Shown: positions 1 to 10,658, numbered from the stretch's first letter. The stretch is DNA of 51,088 nucleotides from Lachnoclostridium sp. UBA1434 (GCA_002329645.1 DCTS01000099.1:600-51687); one strand, 5' to 3'. The notes: generated by a model from the letters alone, not told the origin. Made by a program: numbers and translations.

Positions 1-65
1 CCCTTATCTTTAATCGAGGTTTATTTTTATTTAACCGGCATTATCTCTACTGTTGGAATGCTCCG

Positions 66-3000
66 TTAATCGAGAGGGAACATACCGCGCCTGAGAAGTA
101 TGAATGTCGTACTTCCCGGACTATTGCCCAGCGTATCTGAAGCGCTTATTATAAATTCCCTTAAATTTCTGTTTGCCATCAGTAACATGGGTATACGCAG
201 CTCATAGCTGCCCTGCGGATTGGGAACACTGATATCAACCGGCACCTGTCCGCTGCCGGAAATGTAATAGACCTCTATGCCTTCGCCGGCCAGATCAAGC
301 CCTTCGGATTCAAATCCCAGGTAAACATTCTCCGTCACAGCATCCGATACCGTGAATCTTATCCTCTTCTTCGGAGCATTGGCAAGGTATTCGTTATCAT
401 TTATATCCGCAGAAAAGTCAATGTTAAGGTAGATATATTGCTTATCACCGTTTACGGATGGCACCGGGTCCGTTATTGCAACCACCGGCGGACTTGCAAA
501 GCTTATGGTTACACTGTCAAAGCCGACATTTCCGGCTTCATTTCTTGCCATTATCACCAGTTCGTTTGATCCGGCCAGTATGCCCTCAGGAATTCTTATC
601 GCATATGTCTTGTTTATCTCTATAACCTTGTGCGTATTATTAATAGCTATCGGATCTCCGAAAGTTCCGTTAACATACGCCTCATAGACAATATCATCCC
701 AATTGCCTGCAGGTTCGGCTTCACCGCCGAAACTTACCTCAAGGTCCACATTGGTGCTGCTTTCACCTATCCTGAATTTTACTACATAATCGCCGTTAGT
801 CAAATCATTTCGTGAAATTGTGACTGAAGGATCAGAAGGACTTGTTATCTCAACCACTGGAGGCCGCGATATATTGCGCCTGGTGACGCCGTATGCGGCT
901 ATCAGGGTGTTGACAAACAGCTTCATCTCATCATCATTGCCCGCACGGTCCGCAGATGATAATGATATGCCTGAATAGAAGCAGCGTCCGTTGCTGAACA
1001 GGTAGTAATTGTTCTGCGGATCATTGGGGGATGAGCTGTATACGCCCTTATATAAGTCATTATCACTTCCCCCAAGGTTGTATTTATATCTGACAACAGG
1101 ACTTCTCGAATCGGACAGGCAGTACCATACGATAAGCCTTTTACTTTGCGCATCGTCAAACAAATAAATAGCCTCGTTCGAATACTTTCCTCCGGCAATA
1201 CTGATGGAGCTGTCAAGCGGATACGGATATTTTGTAATATAGCCATCGTTTAATCTGGTCATATATGTTGTAATATATGCCTCATCCGAATACAGATCCG
1301 TAATCCCGTTTTCGCCTGCCATATCCCTGTAAATAAATTTTTGTCCCTGGCTTGTATTAATACTCAGGTCGGCATTGTCGCTTAAGAAGCCATAGGTGTA
1401 TCTGTATGCATTAGCCTGATCCGGGTGGTCAATAAAGCTGTAGCCGGAAGAACTAAAGTACTCATCCTGATTGGCATAACCTAAGGCATTCCTGGTAAAT
1501 ACCACAGCAAGGCCTCTTGCTATCTCATCCTTTATATTTGCCGCTGCACCATTGGCGGGACTTACCGGCGTGTCCGGATTGTCAAGTATGAGCAGATGAT
1601 ATGGCGATAATTTGCCGGTAGCCTCCCATTCGGCGGGATTATACGGTACAGACTCAAAAGCGCTTTCATATTCCTGCAGAGTTAATGAGGTGAAATGCAG
1701 GTTGTAGTCCCTTAAGACTCCCGGTCCGGCAAAGTTATTTATAAGCTTGGAGGTATCATTTATTAATACGTCCATATCGTAGGGGGAAGTATTCTCCCTG
1801 ATATGAAGGATATAAATATCCTCCTTGTTGGTGTTAGCGCAATATCCCACAATACTGCCCCGGATATTGTTATTGTCCGCACGTTCTATTAAAAGCTTCC
1901 ACTTATAAACACCGTTTAATGCTGATATACTATACTGATATGAGAATATGCGGTCATTGCTCTCATTAACATTTTCCCAGGAGGAATCGTCGCTGGATAT
2001 TACATTAAGTCTGTCGGCTTCATCGAAAATTCCGTCCGCATTCCTGTCAACATATAAATATGCATTATACTTGTAATAGCTTGGTATTCCGTTTTTCGGA
2101 AGCAATTTGAACCTTATTGTAAGAATATCTGAAACAGGATCCACATATATGTCCTGTTCGGATGAAGGCTCCAAAAGCTGAATCGCAGGCCTTGTAATAC
2201 TGAGGCCGTTTCTTAATCTGTTCTTGAAAACAACCTGTGCATCTTTATCAGCATTATTATTAGAATTTCTAATTATATAATCCTCCATATTCAGCAGATT
2301 GTTGCGGCTTTTATTGTCCGATATGAAATCGTATATTACGGTGTCATTTTTAACTCTTGCATTCGCATTATTTAGTTCGTAAAGTACCGAATCCACCACA
2401 ATCGGAAAGCCTGCATCCAGGAAGGCTTCAAGTTGTATTCGTTTATCCTGAGTAATATCATTGCCGGTATACCGGGATTGCGTAAGGTTTGACGGGCTGC
2501 CCCACCTTAAATAATCCCCTTCGGCAAAGTAAATAAAACCATCCAGGCTGTTGTCATTGAAATCCGTTCTGTTATTGCCTGTATTGACAAAAAATCTGCC
2601 ATAACCGCTTCCCATATATATCATATCATATAAGGAATTGATATCTTCCATTGAGCCGTTGAACTGGCTGCTTGTCATGTTAATAATCTGTACATTGTAG
2701 TTTGATAATATGGTGTTTATTTCAGCCTCACCTTCGGCAAAGTCGGCTGTGGGCTGAATGTTTAAAACTCGCTTGTATGACCTGAGATTGCTTCCTCCCG
2801 ATTCATCATCAACCCCGCCCGGATCATCCGGGATATCTCCTGAAACATCTTCCGGCCCTTCCACATCGCCGCCTTCAGGATAGGATATCCCTCCGACATT
2901 TTCGTAACCGCTTCCGTTATTAGTAATCACATTAACTAAATTGCCGATATTAATAACCAGACTACCGGTTCCCTCCGGGTCCAGGGAACCCAGATGGTCT

Positions 3001-4913
3001 TCAGCTTCTTCTTGCACATCATCAGGCAGGCCTACCGGTTGAATAAAATTAGCTCCGAATATCTCCTGCCCGTTCATTATCAGCACGTTATTAGCCAAAT
3101 CCGTTGTATGTTGAGTAATATTGGCATTAAATATGCCCACATCCTTTAAAGTATTCACATCTGAGCCGAAATAGGTCATCTCCCCATTCTCATTAAGTCC
3201 CCATGGAAGGAAGGTATTGCCGTTCCAGTAAAGTGCGTTATTGGATGTGGGGCTGTAGGTACTGTTCGGTCTGACGAAGCTTCCTGTTGTGCCTGTAGGG
3301 GTGTTCACACCGCTTTGTTCGGTAATAAGCCTGCTGTTAGGCTTGTCGGGATTCATAAAGGAATTGTAAAAGTCCACCATGTTCCTTTGTACTATCATTA
3401 TGTATAATTTGGCCAGGTTAACGGATGTCCCTCCGGTTTGACCGCTTATATTGACATCGAAATTAATGCCTGACCTTTGATAGTTTCTATATGCATCCGA
3501 ACCTTGTACAGCATTCAGATAATACCTGACATCCAATATTGCAGCAGCCTTTGCACAGCCTATTCCTGCTATTTTTTTAAACAGCTTGATTGTTACCTCC
3601 CAGTTTGTGTCATTGACTGCAAAATTCATCACATCTTTATTGTATTCTCCATATTTTTGATTAGCCGGAAGGCTCAATCCCTCATAGCTGCAGTTTTCAT
3701 ACAACATAAGATAACCATTGTTATGATTGTCAGCATTAATATAAATCAGGTTTGCTTCGTCAATATAATGATGGTTGTCCGGATTGTTAAGCTCATTTGG
3801 AGTGATGGTAATTACCCTCACCGGATAATTATTGGCCATTTCAGATGGTACCCCGAGACTCCTCAGCTTGAACCATTCATTATTGACCCAATCCAGTCCG
3901 AAGGTATATTGGTATCCTTTGACGGCCTTGTTCCCATGAATCCATATCCTGTTGCCCTCAACCTGAAAATTGTTCCTGGTTAATGCAGCATCATCCTGAA
4001 CCCATCTGTAATTGCCTCCCCACCATTGTTCATAGGTAAATACGGGGGCATTCGTATATCTCCTGAAGTCTCCCCCTGTCTCGGCAATATATGATAAGGC
4101 GCCTTCATATGAATACACGCCCGTACCCTCCGGCACTATATCATAATCATCAAGCATATAATATATATCACCGCTGGAATAGGTGCTGAATATGACATTG
4201 TATTTACCATTTCCCTTATTAAGTATAAAACGTCTCGAATCAGGGTCGTAATCATAATCGCCTGTACGATCGGGGCTTTCGGCAATGCTGTAAGGAGAGT
4301 ATCTGCGTGAAGTGCTGAACAACAGGCTTGTATCGGTAACATCATCCTCATGAATAAAATAAGCATTCACATTCTTTGAGCTTAAAGCATCTTGGGTATA
4401 TGAAAAGCTGACTTGTACATTGGCAGGCAGCGCCGCTCTGTGGGTACCTGTTCCCTCCTCCACACGGGCATATACGGTCTGACCGCTTGTCATACGGTAT
4501 AGATCCGCTCCGCCTGACGGCACATACTCAAAATATCCGTTCTGCAGCTCATAGGTCCTGGCACGCACCCAGCCTGTATCAGGATTACCGGATGCGGGCA
4601 GAGGTCTTTCCTTATAGGAACGATATGTTGTAATTGCTCCTCCGAGAATTGAAAGCCAGCCTGAATGATTGTTGTAATTCATCAGTTCCTTATCCACAGG
4701 CTCCTGTCCGCCTATGAGATAGCCAATCTCAGCCATTCCCTTATACGGAACAATCTCAAGCACGGTAAAACCGTGAAATCCCTCGGAGCCCTCCTCCGAC
4801 CATTCGGCCTGATCTGAAGCCTTTATATCGGGATTGCTGACAAAAGAAGGCCGCACTAAAGAAAACGCAAAAATAATTGCGACAAGGATTACAATCTTTA
4901 CCTTGTTCTTCAT
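66..4913 (-). CDS. Large secreted DUF5057-type protein; putative type IV pilus tip adhesin (functional PilY1 analogue)
   Basis: 1615 aa, N-terminal Sec-like signal (MKNKVKIVILVAIIFAFSLV), FTVLEIVPY...GYLIGGQEP and RVLNIQP...YDMIYMG motifs as recalled for clostridial DUF5057 proteins; follows the minor pilin genes; GGAGG RBS upstream. Confidence 0.7.
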   Translation of the reverse strand: MKNKVKIVILVAIIFAFSLVRPSFVSNPDIKASDQAEWSEEGSEGFHGFTVLEIVPYKGMAEIGYLIGGQEPVDKELMNYNNHSGWLSILGGAITTYRSYKERPLPASGNPDTGWVRARTYELQNGYFEYVPSGGADLYRMTSGQTVYARVEEGTGTHRAALPANVQVSFSYTQDALSSKNVNAYFIHEDDVTDTSLLFSTSRRYSPYSIAESPDRTGDYDYDPDSRRFILNKGNGKYNVIFSTYSSGDIYYMLDDYDIVPEGTGVYSYEGALSYIAETGGDFRRYTNAPVFTYEQWWGGNYRWVQDDAALTRNNFQVEGNRIWIHGNKAVKGYQYTFGLDWVNNEWFKLRSLGVPSEMANNYPVRVITITPNELNNPDNHHYIDEANLIYINADNHNNGYLMLYENCSYEGLSLPANQKYGEYNKDVMNFAVNDTNWEVTIKLFKKIAGIGCAKAAAILDVRYYLNAVQGSDAYRNYQRSGINFDVNISGQTGGTSVNLAKLYIMIVQRNMVDFYNSFMNPDKPNSRLITEQSGVNTPTGTTGSFVRPNSTYSPTSNNALYWNGNTFLPWGLNENGEMTYFGSDVNTLKDVGIFNANITQHTTDLANNVLIMNGQEIFGANFIQPVGLPDDVQEEAEDHLGSLDPEGTGSLVINIGNLVNVITNNGSGYENVGGISYPEGGDVEGPEDVSGDIPDDPGGVDDESGGSNLRSYKRVLNIQPTADFAEGEAEINTILSNYNVQIINMTSSQFNGSMEDINSLYDMIYMGSGYGRFFVNTGNNRTDFNDNSLDGFIYFAEGDYLRWGSPSNLTQSRYTGNDITQDKRIQLEAFLDAGFPIVVDSVLYELNNANARVKNDTVIYDFISDNKSRNNLLNMEDYIIRNSNNNADKDAQVVFKNRLRNGLSITRPAIQLLEPSSEQDIYVDPVSDILTIRFKLLPKNGIPSYYKYNAYLYVDRNADGIFDEADRLNVISSDDSSWENVNESNDRIFSYQYSISALNGVYKWKLLIERADNNNIRGSIVGYCANTNKEDIYILHIRENTSPYDMDVLINDTSKLINNFAGPGVLRDYNLHFTSLTLQEYESAFESVPYNPAEWEATGKLSPYHLLILDNPDTPVSPANGAAANIKDEIARGLAVVFTRNALGYANQDEYFSSSGYSFIDHPDQANAYRYTYGFLSDNADLSINTSQGQKFIYRDMAGENGITDLYSDEAYITTYMTRLNDGYITKYPYPLDSSISIAGGKYSNEAIYLFDDAQSKRLIVWYCLSDSRSPVVRYKYNLGGSDNDLYKGVYSSSPNDPQNNYYLFSNGRCFYSGISLSSADRAGNDDEMKLFVNTLIAAYGVTRRNISRPPVVEITSPSDPSVTISRNDLTNGDYVVKFRIGESSTNVDLEVSFGGEAEPAGNWDDIVYEAYVNGTFGDPIAINNTHKVIEINKTYAIRIPEGILAGSNELVIMARNEAGNVGFDSVTISFASPPVVAITDPVPSVNGDKQYIYLNIDFSADINDNEYLANAPKKRIRFTVSDAVTENVYLGFESEGLDLAGEGIEVYYISGSGQVPVDISVPNPQGSYELRIPMLLMANRNLREFIISASDTLGNSPGSTTFILLRRGMFPLD

Positions 4914-4928
4914 AGCAGCACCTCCAAT

Positions 4929-5438
4929 CTAGCTTGCATTTCTCATTTTAACGGTTCTATTAATACTGTAGGAATCCTTCCCCAACTTCAGACTTAATCC
5001 GATCTTTACATTCCTTTTGTCGGCGTCGGCAGTAATGCCAAAGTCATCCACATTCCCGGCCAGATAATGCAGTGACTTGTCAACCGCATCATTGCATGCG
5101 GCTTCCAGCGTGACTGCCTCCAAAAGATACAAAATATTCCGGGTTTCATCATATACAATCGCCGTATAGCCGCTTTCCTGTTCAAATATAAATCTGACAG
5201 GCTCGGCAGACGACTCCGGGTAAACCTCCATGGAATAGGCCTCCATTGCAAGCTTGCTTATCTGATTAATCGTGGTCTGCGCATCAAGCTGCAGGCTGAC
5301 CTGATTATTGGATTTCTTGAATACGTTGGTCGCCCCGTTTATGAAAAAAAGCAGCATGGACAGGACTATTGATGTAATAACCATGGCTATTACAAGCTCC
5401 AAAAGCGATATTCCCTTATTATCCTTAATTATATGCAA
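4929..5438 (-). CDS. Minor type IV pilin (PilW/PilJ-like), prepilin N-terminal cleavage/methylation motif
   Basis: KDNKG|ISLLELVIAMVI: class III signal peptide with E5 and hydrophobic helix; TTG start after GAGGGG RBS. Confidence 0.85.
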   Translation of the reverse strand: MHIIKDNKGISLLELVIAMVITSIVLSMLLFFINGATNVFKKSNNQVSLQLDAQTTINQISKLAMEAYSMEVYPESSAEPVRFIFEQESGYTAIVYDETRNILYLLEAVTLEAACNDAVDKSLHYLAGNVDDFGITADADKRNVKIGLSLKLGKDSYSINRTVKMRNAS

Positions 5439-5467
5439 ATCCTGCCACCCCTCTATTACATAATGGG

Positions 5468-5986
5468 TTATTCCAAATAATGCCTTCCTGTTGCCGTAAC
5501 AAGCCTTATCCTATATGTACTCCCGGCTGCGGAAACCGTAATCTGCTTCACGAGATGCGAGCCGTCATATTCGATAATACTTCCCGTTTCCTTGCCAAAG
5601 CATATCTTTATCCGGGGTATTGTATTCCTTCCGGTAACCGCGCTGCTGTTTACAAGATACTCTGTATTAACTGCACCTTCGTTTATGATACATGTCAGCT
5701 CCCCCCTGGTAAGGTCAAGCTTTTCAGAGGAAATAGCCTCTGTATCCCTGTATATTACAGCATAATACTTGTCCGAGGCTTCCTCGATAACCAGAAAATA
5801 GGGCTTACTTTTGGTCATGTTCTCAACCTGTACATAATCCAGCAGGGCGCTGATGCGTCCTATGGTACTTTTAGCGCTGCCCAGCCCAAGCATCCTGGCG
5901 CTTAAGATCGTACCGGTGGAAAGCGCGGCAACAATCAACATCACAACAATAAATTCAATTAAGGTAAAGCCCCTGTTATCCTTCAT
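5468..5986 (-). CDS. Minor type IV pilin (FimT/FimU/GspH-like)
   Basis: MKDNRG|FTLIEFIVVMLIV class III signal peptide. Confidence 0.9.
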   Translation of the reverse strand: MKDNRGFTLIEFIVVMLIVAALSTGTILSARMLGLGSAKSTIGRISALLDYVQVENMTKSKPYFLVIEEASDKYYAVIYRDTEAISSEKLDLTRGELTCIINEGAVNTEYLVNSSAVTGRNTIPRIKICFGKETGSIIEYDGSHLVKQITVSAAGSTYRIRLVTATGRHYLE

Positions 5987-6130
5987 GGCTTCCTCCGTCC
6001 TGCAGGTCGCTTTAATCCATATGCATAATTTTTTCGGTCATTATAAACCAGGCTGTTCTAATCTTGTTCCTGTCGCATTAATGCAGGCTGTGTTGGTTTT
6101 TTACTGTTGTTTTATCCTATTGCCATAGCC

Positions 6131-8512
6131 TTATTGCCTGCGCCAGTTTTCATAGGATATCATTCCCTGCAAATCAATTAGGCTTGATGCGGGCAGGTTA
6201 TAGGAATAATCCTTTGATGTTCCGGTATTTTTAAAGAACTCATGCATTATGCGGGAGTAATCTCTAAATATATTGGTTAACTGCTCTGTCTCTGATGCCG
6301 TTACGGTATTTCCCGAGCCAAGTATTATGTCTCCTGCGGCAATTAATCTCCCATTGACGGTAACATTGTCCTCAAGGACTATATTTCCTCCGCCTGCTAA
6401 TATATCCGGATTTGCCCCATCACGGACACCTGCGGATACAAGCATTCCGTTGACTGTATATCCCTCACCAACTGTAATAGTTCCTTCGGCAGCCAAAAAG
6501 CCGTTATAGTTGCAGTTTAAAGTAACATCGCCCCTTACCAGGGTAATAAAGCTGTTGGGAGGATTCAGGCTGTCAAAGGTATTGCTTGTGCTATAGCACA
6601 TGAACTCACCGGGAGCATTGTCAATTCCGTCAATTGCATCGAAAGCCTGGGATTTAACCGAGGTCAGTACAACCTCGTCCCCTTCGGAATATGCTCTGGT
6701 ACTCTTAAGGGAAAGCAAATGGCTCATCCTGGAATATAAATTCGGAAGCGAGCTTATGTCGGCGTCTGCCTGAAGCCTGTCGTCTGCAATAAGCTGCTGA
6801 TATATAGGATGATTAAGCTCCTTAAGCCTTATATAATTATCCAGTGCCTGGTCCGTTTCATATATACCGCTGAGGCCTTCGCGAAGGCCGATACCCGACT
6901 CGTTATAATACATAATGTTTCCTGCGGATATAACCTCTGCGGTTTCATCAGGAAGGGTCACGCTGTTAATTGACAGGGGTTCCATATTATTAAGCACATC
7001 GGAGTGTTCACCGTGGTAGCTTTGCATGAATTGATCCGCAAGCTTTCCGCTTGCAAAGTTTAGGTAATAGTAATAAAGTATTGTGGAGGTATCTCCTTCA
7101 AAGGTCTGCTTAGCCGCAATCTTATAAGGCCTGGCTGCAGCATAGTCAAGGTACCTCATGGGATCCTCGGGGTCTAATTCGACATCGGGGAAGCCGCTTA
7201 TCCTGTCCTGATATGTAATGGGATTATGCTGCACTCCCTGTATATATCTGTCGGGAATCAGGTAAGCCCGCTGGTTGCTCTTAAAGGCCAGGGATTCACC
7301 CGTCATTATATCCGTATCCGCATGGGAATCGTTATTCTCCACCAGGATATTGGCTCTGCCTGCAATTATTAATGAATCCAGGAGTGACAGATCCAGGGTT
7401 GCCCCGGTTCCGTTGATGATAACAGAGCTTCCCCTGGCAGAATGTACTCCGGAATAACCTGCATAAGCTCCCTTAAGACGTACTATGCTGTTTTTACCCT
7501 CCAGATTGAGATCGTCCTGTATAAAGCATATACCGTTGATATCTATAGTGGTCGTGGATGTTACTTCAGTGTTCAGCGTCTTTGCAATAAGGTTGTTCGC
7601 CCATACTATAGGATATCTGAAGGTAACCGTGCCTGTATCCGGGTCCGTCTGATACCGGCCGTCTATTGTTAGGGAAGCTGTCTCTGCAACAACAATATCG
7701 CCTCTGGTAATTATGTCATCGCCGGTTATATTAAGCCCATGTTCCTGTGTCAGGTTGCTGTCCACGATAATGCCCCGGCCCGCATACACACTTCCCACTA
7801 TATTTCCCTGTGCCTCGCTGTTGTCCGATTGTATAAGGCCGTCAGCTATCAGGGCATATTCCTGCCAGGGGGATTCCATACGGTAGACTATTATCTCTTC
7901 TCCCTCTTTGACGCTGAAGTCGGGCAGGGTAATGACAATATCGGAGGTAATGGCGGTTTTATAATCGTTAATCTCAAGAACAACCCTGATATCCTCCACC
8001 TTAACAGTGCTGACATCACTGCTTATGGTATCCGGATTAGTATCGGGATCTCCGATTGTCACGGTCCTTCCGGCAGCCGGTGACAGGTAAGAATTGAATA
8101 TATCATTGCTTTTTGCGGGTATTTCCATACCCGAGGTGAGCTGATCATCGGATAAGGTGCCCGCATCGCCTATTTCCCTCATTATTTCCGCAGCAACAAG
8201 CTTCTTAATGCTGCTATTAAGGGTTTCAACCTGCATTGATGAATAGGCTTCATATTTATTAATGACCTCGGTTTCGTATACCTCTTTAATCTTGGCGGCA
8301 GTAATCTCCTCCAGCCCTGTGCGTATCTCCTCCATGGCAGTTTCGCAGCTATAGAATTTCTTCTTGTAGCTGCCTTCAACCATTTTCATCTGAAGGTTGG
8401 TCATGGTGACAGAAAGCATTAAGGCACCAAGTATGCCGAAAAACGCCATACATATAATCACTGTAACAAGGGTTGAACCGCTATTATTCAGCTTTCTTAA
8501 CCTTAACACCAT
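6131..8512 (-). CDS. Large PilX/PilK-like minor pilin (no E5), 793 aa
   Basis: KLNNSG|STLVTVIICMAFFGILG: prepilin-like cleavage site with Thr instead of Glu at +5, the hallmark of the PilX/GspK class; C-terminal NG-x-L-x-A-x-G repeats suggest a beta-helix. Confidence 0.8.
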   Translation of the reverse strand: MVLRLRKLNNSGSTLVTVIICMAFFGILGALMLSVTMTNLQMKMVEGSYKKKFYSCETAMEEIRTGLEEITAAKIKEVYETEVINKYEAYSSMQVETLNSSIKKLVAAEIMREIGDAGTLSDDQLTSGMEIPAKSNDIFNSYLSPAAGRTVTIGDPDTNPDTISSDVSTVKVEDIRVVLEINDYKTAITSDIVITLPDFSVKEGEEIIVYRMESPWQEYALIADGLIQSDNSEAQGNIVGSVYAGRGIIVDSNLTQEHGLNITGDDIITRGDIVVAETASLTIDGRYQTDPDTGTVTFRYPIVWANNLIAKTLNTEVTSTTTIDINGICFIQDDLNLEGKNSIVRLKGAYAGYSGVHSARGSSVIINGTGATLDLSLLDSLIIAGRANILVENNDSHADTDIMTGESLAFKSNQRAYLIPDRYIQGVQHNPITYQDRISGFPDVELDPEDPMRYLDYAAARPYKIAAKQTFEGDTSTILYYYYLNFASGKLADQFMQSYHGEHSDVLNNMEPLSINSVTLPDETAEVISAGNIMYYNESGIGLREGLSGIYETDQALDNYIRLKELNHPIYQQLIADDRLQADADISSLPNLYSRMSHLLSLKSTRAYSEGDEVVLTSVKSQAFDAIDGIDNAPGEFMCYSTSNTFDSLNPPNSFITLVRGDVTLNCNYNGFLAAEGTITVGEGYTVNGMLVSAGVRDGANPDILAGGGNIVLEDNVTVNGRLIAAGDIILGSGNTVTASETEQLTNIFRDYSRIMHEFFKNTGTSKDYSYNLPASSLIDLQGMISYENWRRQ

Positions 8513-8524
8513 GGCTTCCTCCTA

Positions 8525-9865
8525 TCAATATTCCGCAGCGGACTGCAATGTATATACTTTGATCTTATAGCGGTTATTGGGATCGGAGTCGTTCACATAC
8601 TCACATATATCAATTGTCACGTCAAATATCCTGTCTGTTGCTTTTGAGGTTATAACATTGGGATTGGCTGTGCCGATTGTTCCGCCTGTATTATAATGGG
8701 CAGCGGGTATATCCGTATATAGCATTACATATCCGTACCCGTACGCCGATATCTCAGTCTCGTTATACCAGTTGTCCCATCGATATCCGCTCTCATCCTC
8801 CTGCAAAGCCACGTAAAAATTCAGAGTGCCTTCAGCCTCATTGTTTAGTATTATCCTGTCTGCAGGTTCTTCTAATATTGATCTGGACAGGCTGAATACG
8901 GAAGGCTTGTAAAACAAGTATATGTTGCTGATGCTTATCGGGTATCGCACATCCGATACACCGTGGGTAATTGTCCGTTTGATGCCGCTTTCCGGAGGCC
9001 AATTGCATATATATTCAATATCATAATCTATTATATCATTATTTGATACTATCGTCATTGTCTTGGTGATTAATCTTGTGACTTCCCCGGGTGTAAAGTA
9101 TGTTGAAAGATAAGAAAGCGATGATGGAAGGTTATCAAGTGTGGGTTCAACAGGCGGGATCTCTCCCGGTTCCAGCTTGCCTTCAACCTCCCTGCTCCTG
9201 TAATCGGCGATGTCGATACGGTAATTATGATATTCGCTTGAATTATCGAGCACGTTCTGCGCATAATTCCTGCCCCATGTAATAAATGTATTTAGCACAT
9301 CCTCATCCGTCATGCCGGAACCCGCATCACTTTCCGAGAATAACAGGCCGTTGGCCCTCTCATCCATATTTATAATATTCGGCATCGGGTAATTATTCAT
9401 AATGCCGTTCTCGCTCTCACCAATCCTATAGGGATCAGCCTTCATGGTAATGAACGCATCATATACAAGTTTTCCTTCGCTTATGCCGTTAATGGCAAAA
9501 TAATAAGATGCCTGGTGAACGCTTGAGGACGACTCCATATAGCCGCCAGTACCATCCTCTTCAAGCCTCATGACATCTGCAACGGGACCTGTGATTAAAT
9601 CAAAATCGTCCCTGCTTCCATTGAATTTATCAATGATTTCATCTATGTTATTATAAGACTTTAATCCCTCCATGATACTTGAAGCCAGATTGCTCTGAAT
9701 CTGAAGTCTTTTGGCTTTACTGTTCATCTGGATGGAGCGTATGAAATTCCCCATAAGCGGAACCAGTATTATGACAAGGATTGCTATGCTTATGATAAGC
9801 TCAACCAGGGTAAAGCCTTGATTATTTAATTTATCCCGCATCCTGCTCTTTTTATACGGTCTCAA
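8525..9865 (-). CDS. Large PilV-like minor pilin, 446 aa
   Basis: LNNQG|FTLVELIISIAIL class III signal peptide; QSNLASSIMEGLKS resembles the PilV/GspI helix motif; TTG start. Confidence 0.85.
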   Translation of the reverse strand: MRPYKKSRMRDKLNNQGFTLVELIISIAILVIILVPLMGNFIRSIQMNSKAKRLQIQSNLASSIMEGLKSYNNIDEIIDKFNGSRDDFDLITGPVADVMRLEEDGTGGYMESSSSVHQASYYFAINGISEGKLVYDAFITMKADPYRIGESENGIMNNYPMPNIINMDERANGLLFSESDAGSGMTDEDVLNTFITWGRNYAQNVLDNSSEYHNYRIDIADYRSREVEGKLEPGEIPPVEPTLDNLPSSLSYLSTYFTPGEVTRLITKTMTIVSNNDIIDYDIEYICNWPPESGIKRTITHGVSDVRYPISISNIYLFYKPSVFSLSRSILEEPADRIILNNEAEGTLNFYVALQEDESGYRWDNWYNETEISAYGYGYVMLYTDIPAAHYNTGGTIGTANPNVITSKATDRIFDVTIDICEYVNDSDPNNRYKIKVYTLQSAAEY

Positions 9866-9904
9866 GTTTTACCCCCCTGTTTTCGTACAAACTAATAAAC
9901 TATA

Positions 9905-10633
9905 TTAATCTGTTCCGAAGATGTTATCTGTCCCGATATCAATTCCTTCTATTACAGGAGTCTCATATTCCCTGCCTGTACCGGATAGAAAATAGCGTTT
10001 AAGCGTAAGGCTTCCCGACAGGGCTCCTGTCATATTGTCCCTGCTTATCGTCACACTATCAATAGCGGTATGCTCGGGATAATCTCTTATGTATTCGGCA
10101 AGCTCCTTAAAGCCGTCATAGCTTGTTACAAAATTAAAGCTTAAGGTGCTGAAGTATGCTGTCATAACAGCAGGTTCGTCCTTTGTCCCGCCGGTTTTGC
10201 CGTTGCCGGCAGATGTCGGTGCAGCAGACTCTGTGCCGGCAGCTACTGCAGGTATAATTGTCTCATAAAATTCTTCGCTTTCCGACATGCTTACCGAAGA
10301 GGTGGTTATATCAAGAGCTTCCTCCAGCTTCTCAACGAACATATAGTTATCCTCCGCGGCAATATATACAGGAAAGCTTTTGATAATGTCATCCTTCTTC
10401 TCAACGACTTCGGGCACAAGCTGTTTTACCTCATCCTCTTCAAGAAGCTTCTTCTCCCGGTCTTTTATCTCAGCCGCAGCAAGTCTGGCTTCTTCATATG
10501 CCTTATCGGTTTTTTTGACATAGATATCATAAACGTAAAAGTATGATATGCAAAATATCCCAAGGCTTATAAGATTTATTATGATTTTTATATGCTTTTT
10601 GCTTTTTCCGTTTGCTTTATTGTTTCTTGCCAT
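9905..10633 (-). CDS. pilO: Type IV pilus alignment protein PilO-like
   Basis: Single N-terminal TM, coiled coil, C-terminal SYDGFKELAEYI...IDSVTI...LSGSLTL ferredoxin-like PilO pattern; directly after pilMN; start moved to ATG 10633 (GGAGGTGG RBS at 10641-10648). Confidence 0.75.
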   Translation of the reverse strand: MARNNKANGKSKKHIKIIINLISLGIFCISYFYVYDIYVKKTDKAYEEARLAAAEIKDREKKLLEEDEVKQLVPEVVEKKDDIIKSFPVYIAAEDNYMFVEKLEEALDITTSSVSMSESEEFYETIIPAVAAGTESAAPTSAGNGKTGGTKDEPAVMTAYFSTLSFNFVTSYDGFKELAEYIRDYPEHTAIDSVTISRDNMTGALSGSLTLKRYFLSGTGREYETPVIEGIDIGTDNIFGTD

Positions 10634-10658
10634 AATAAAACCACCTCCGCCAGGGCTA

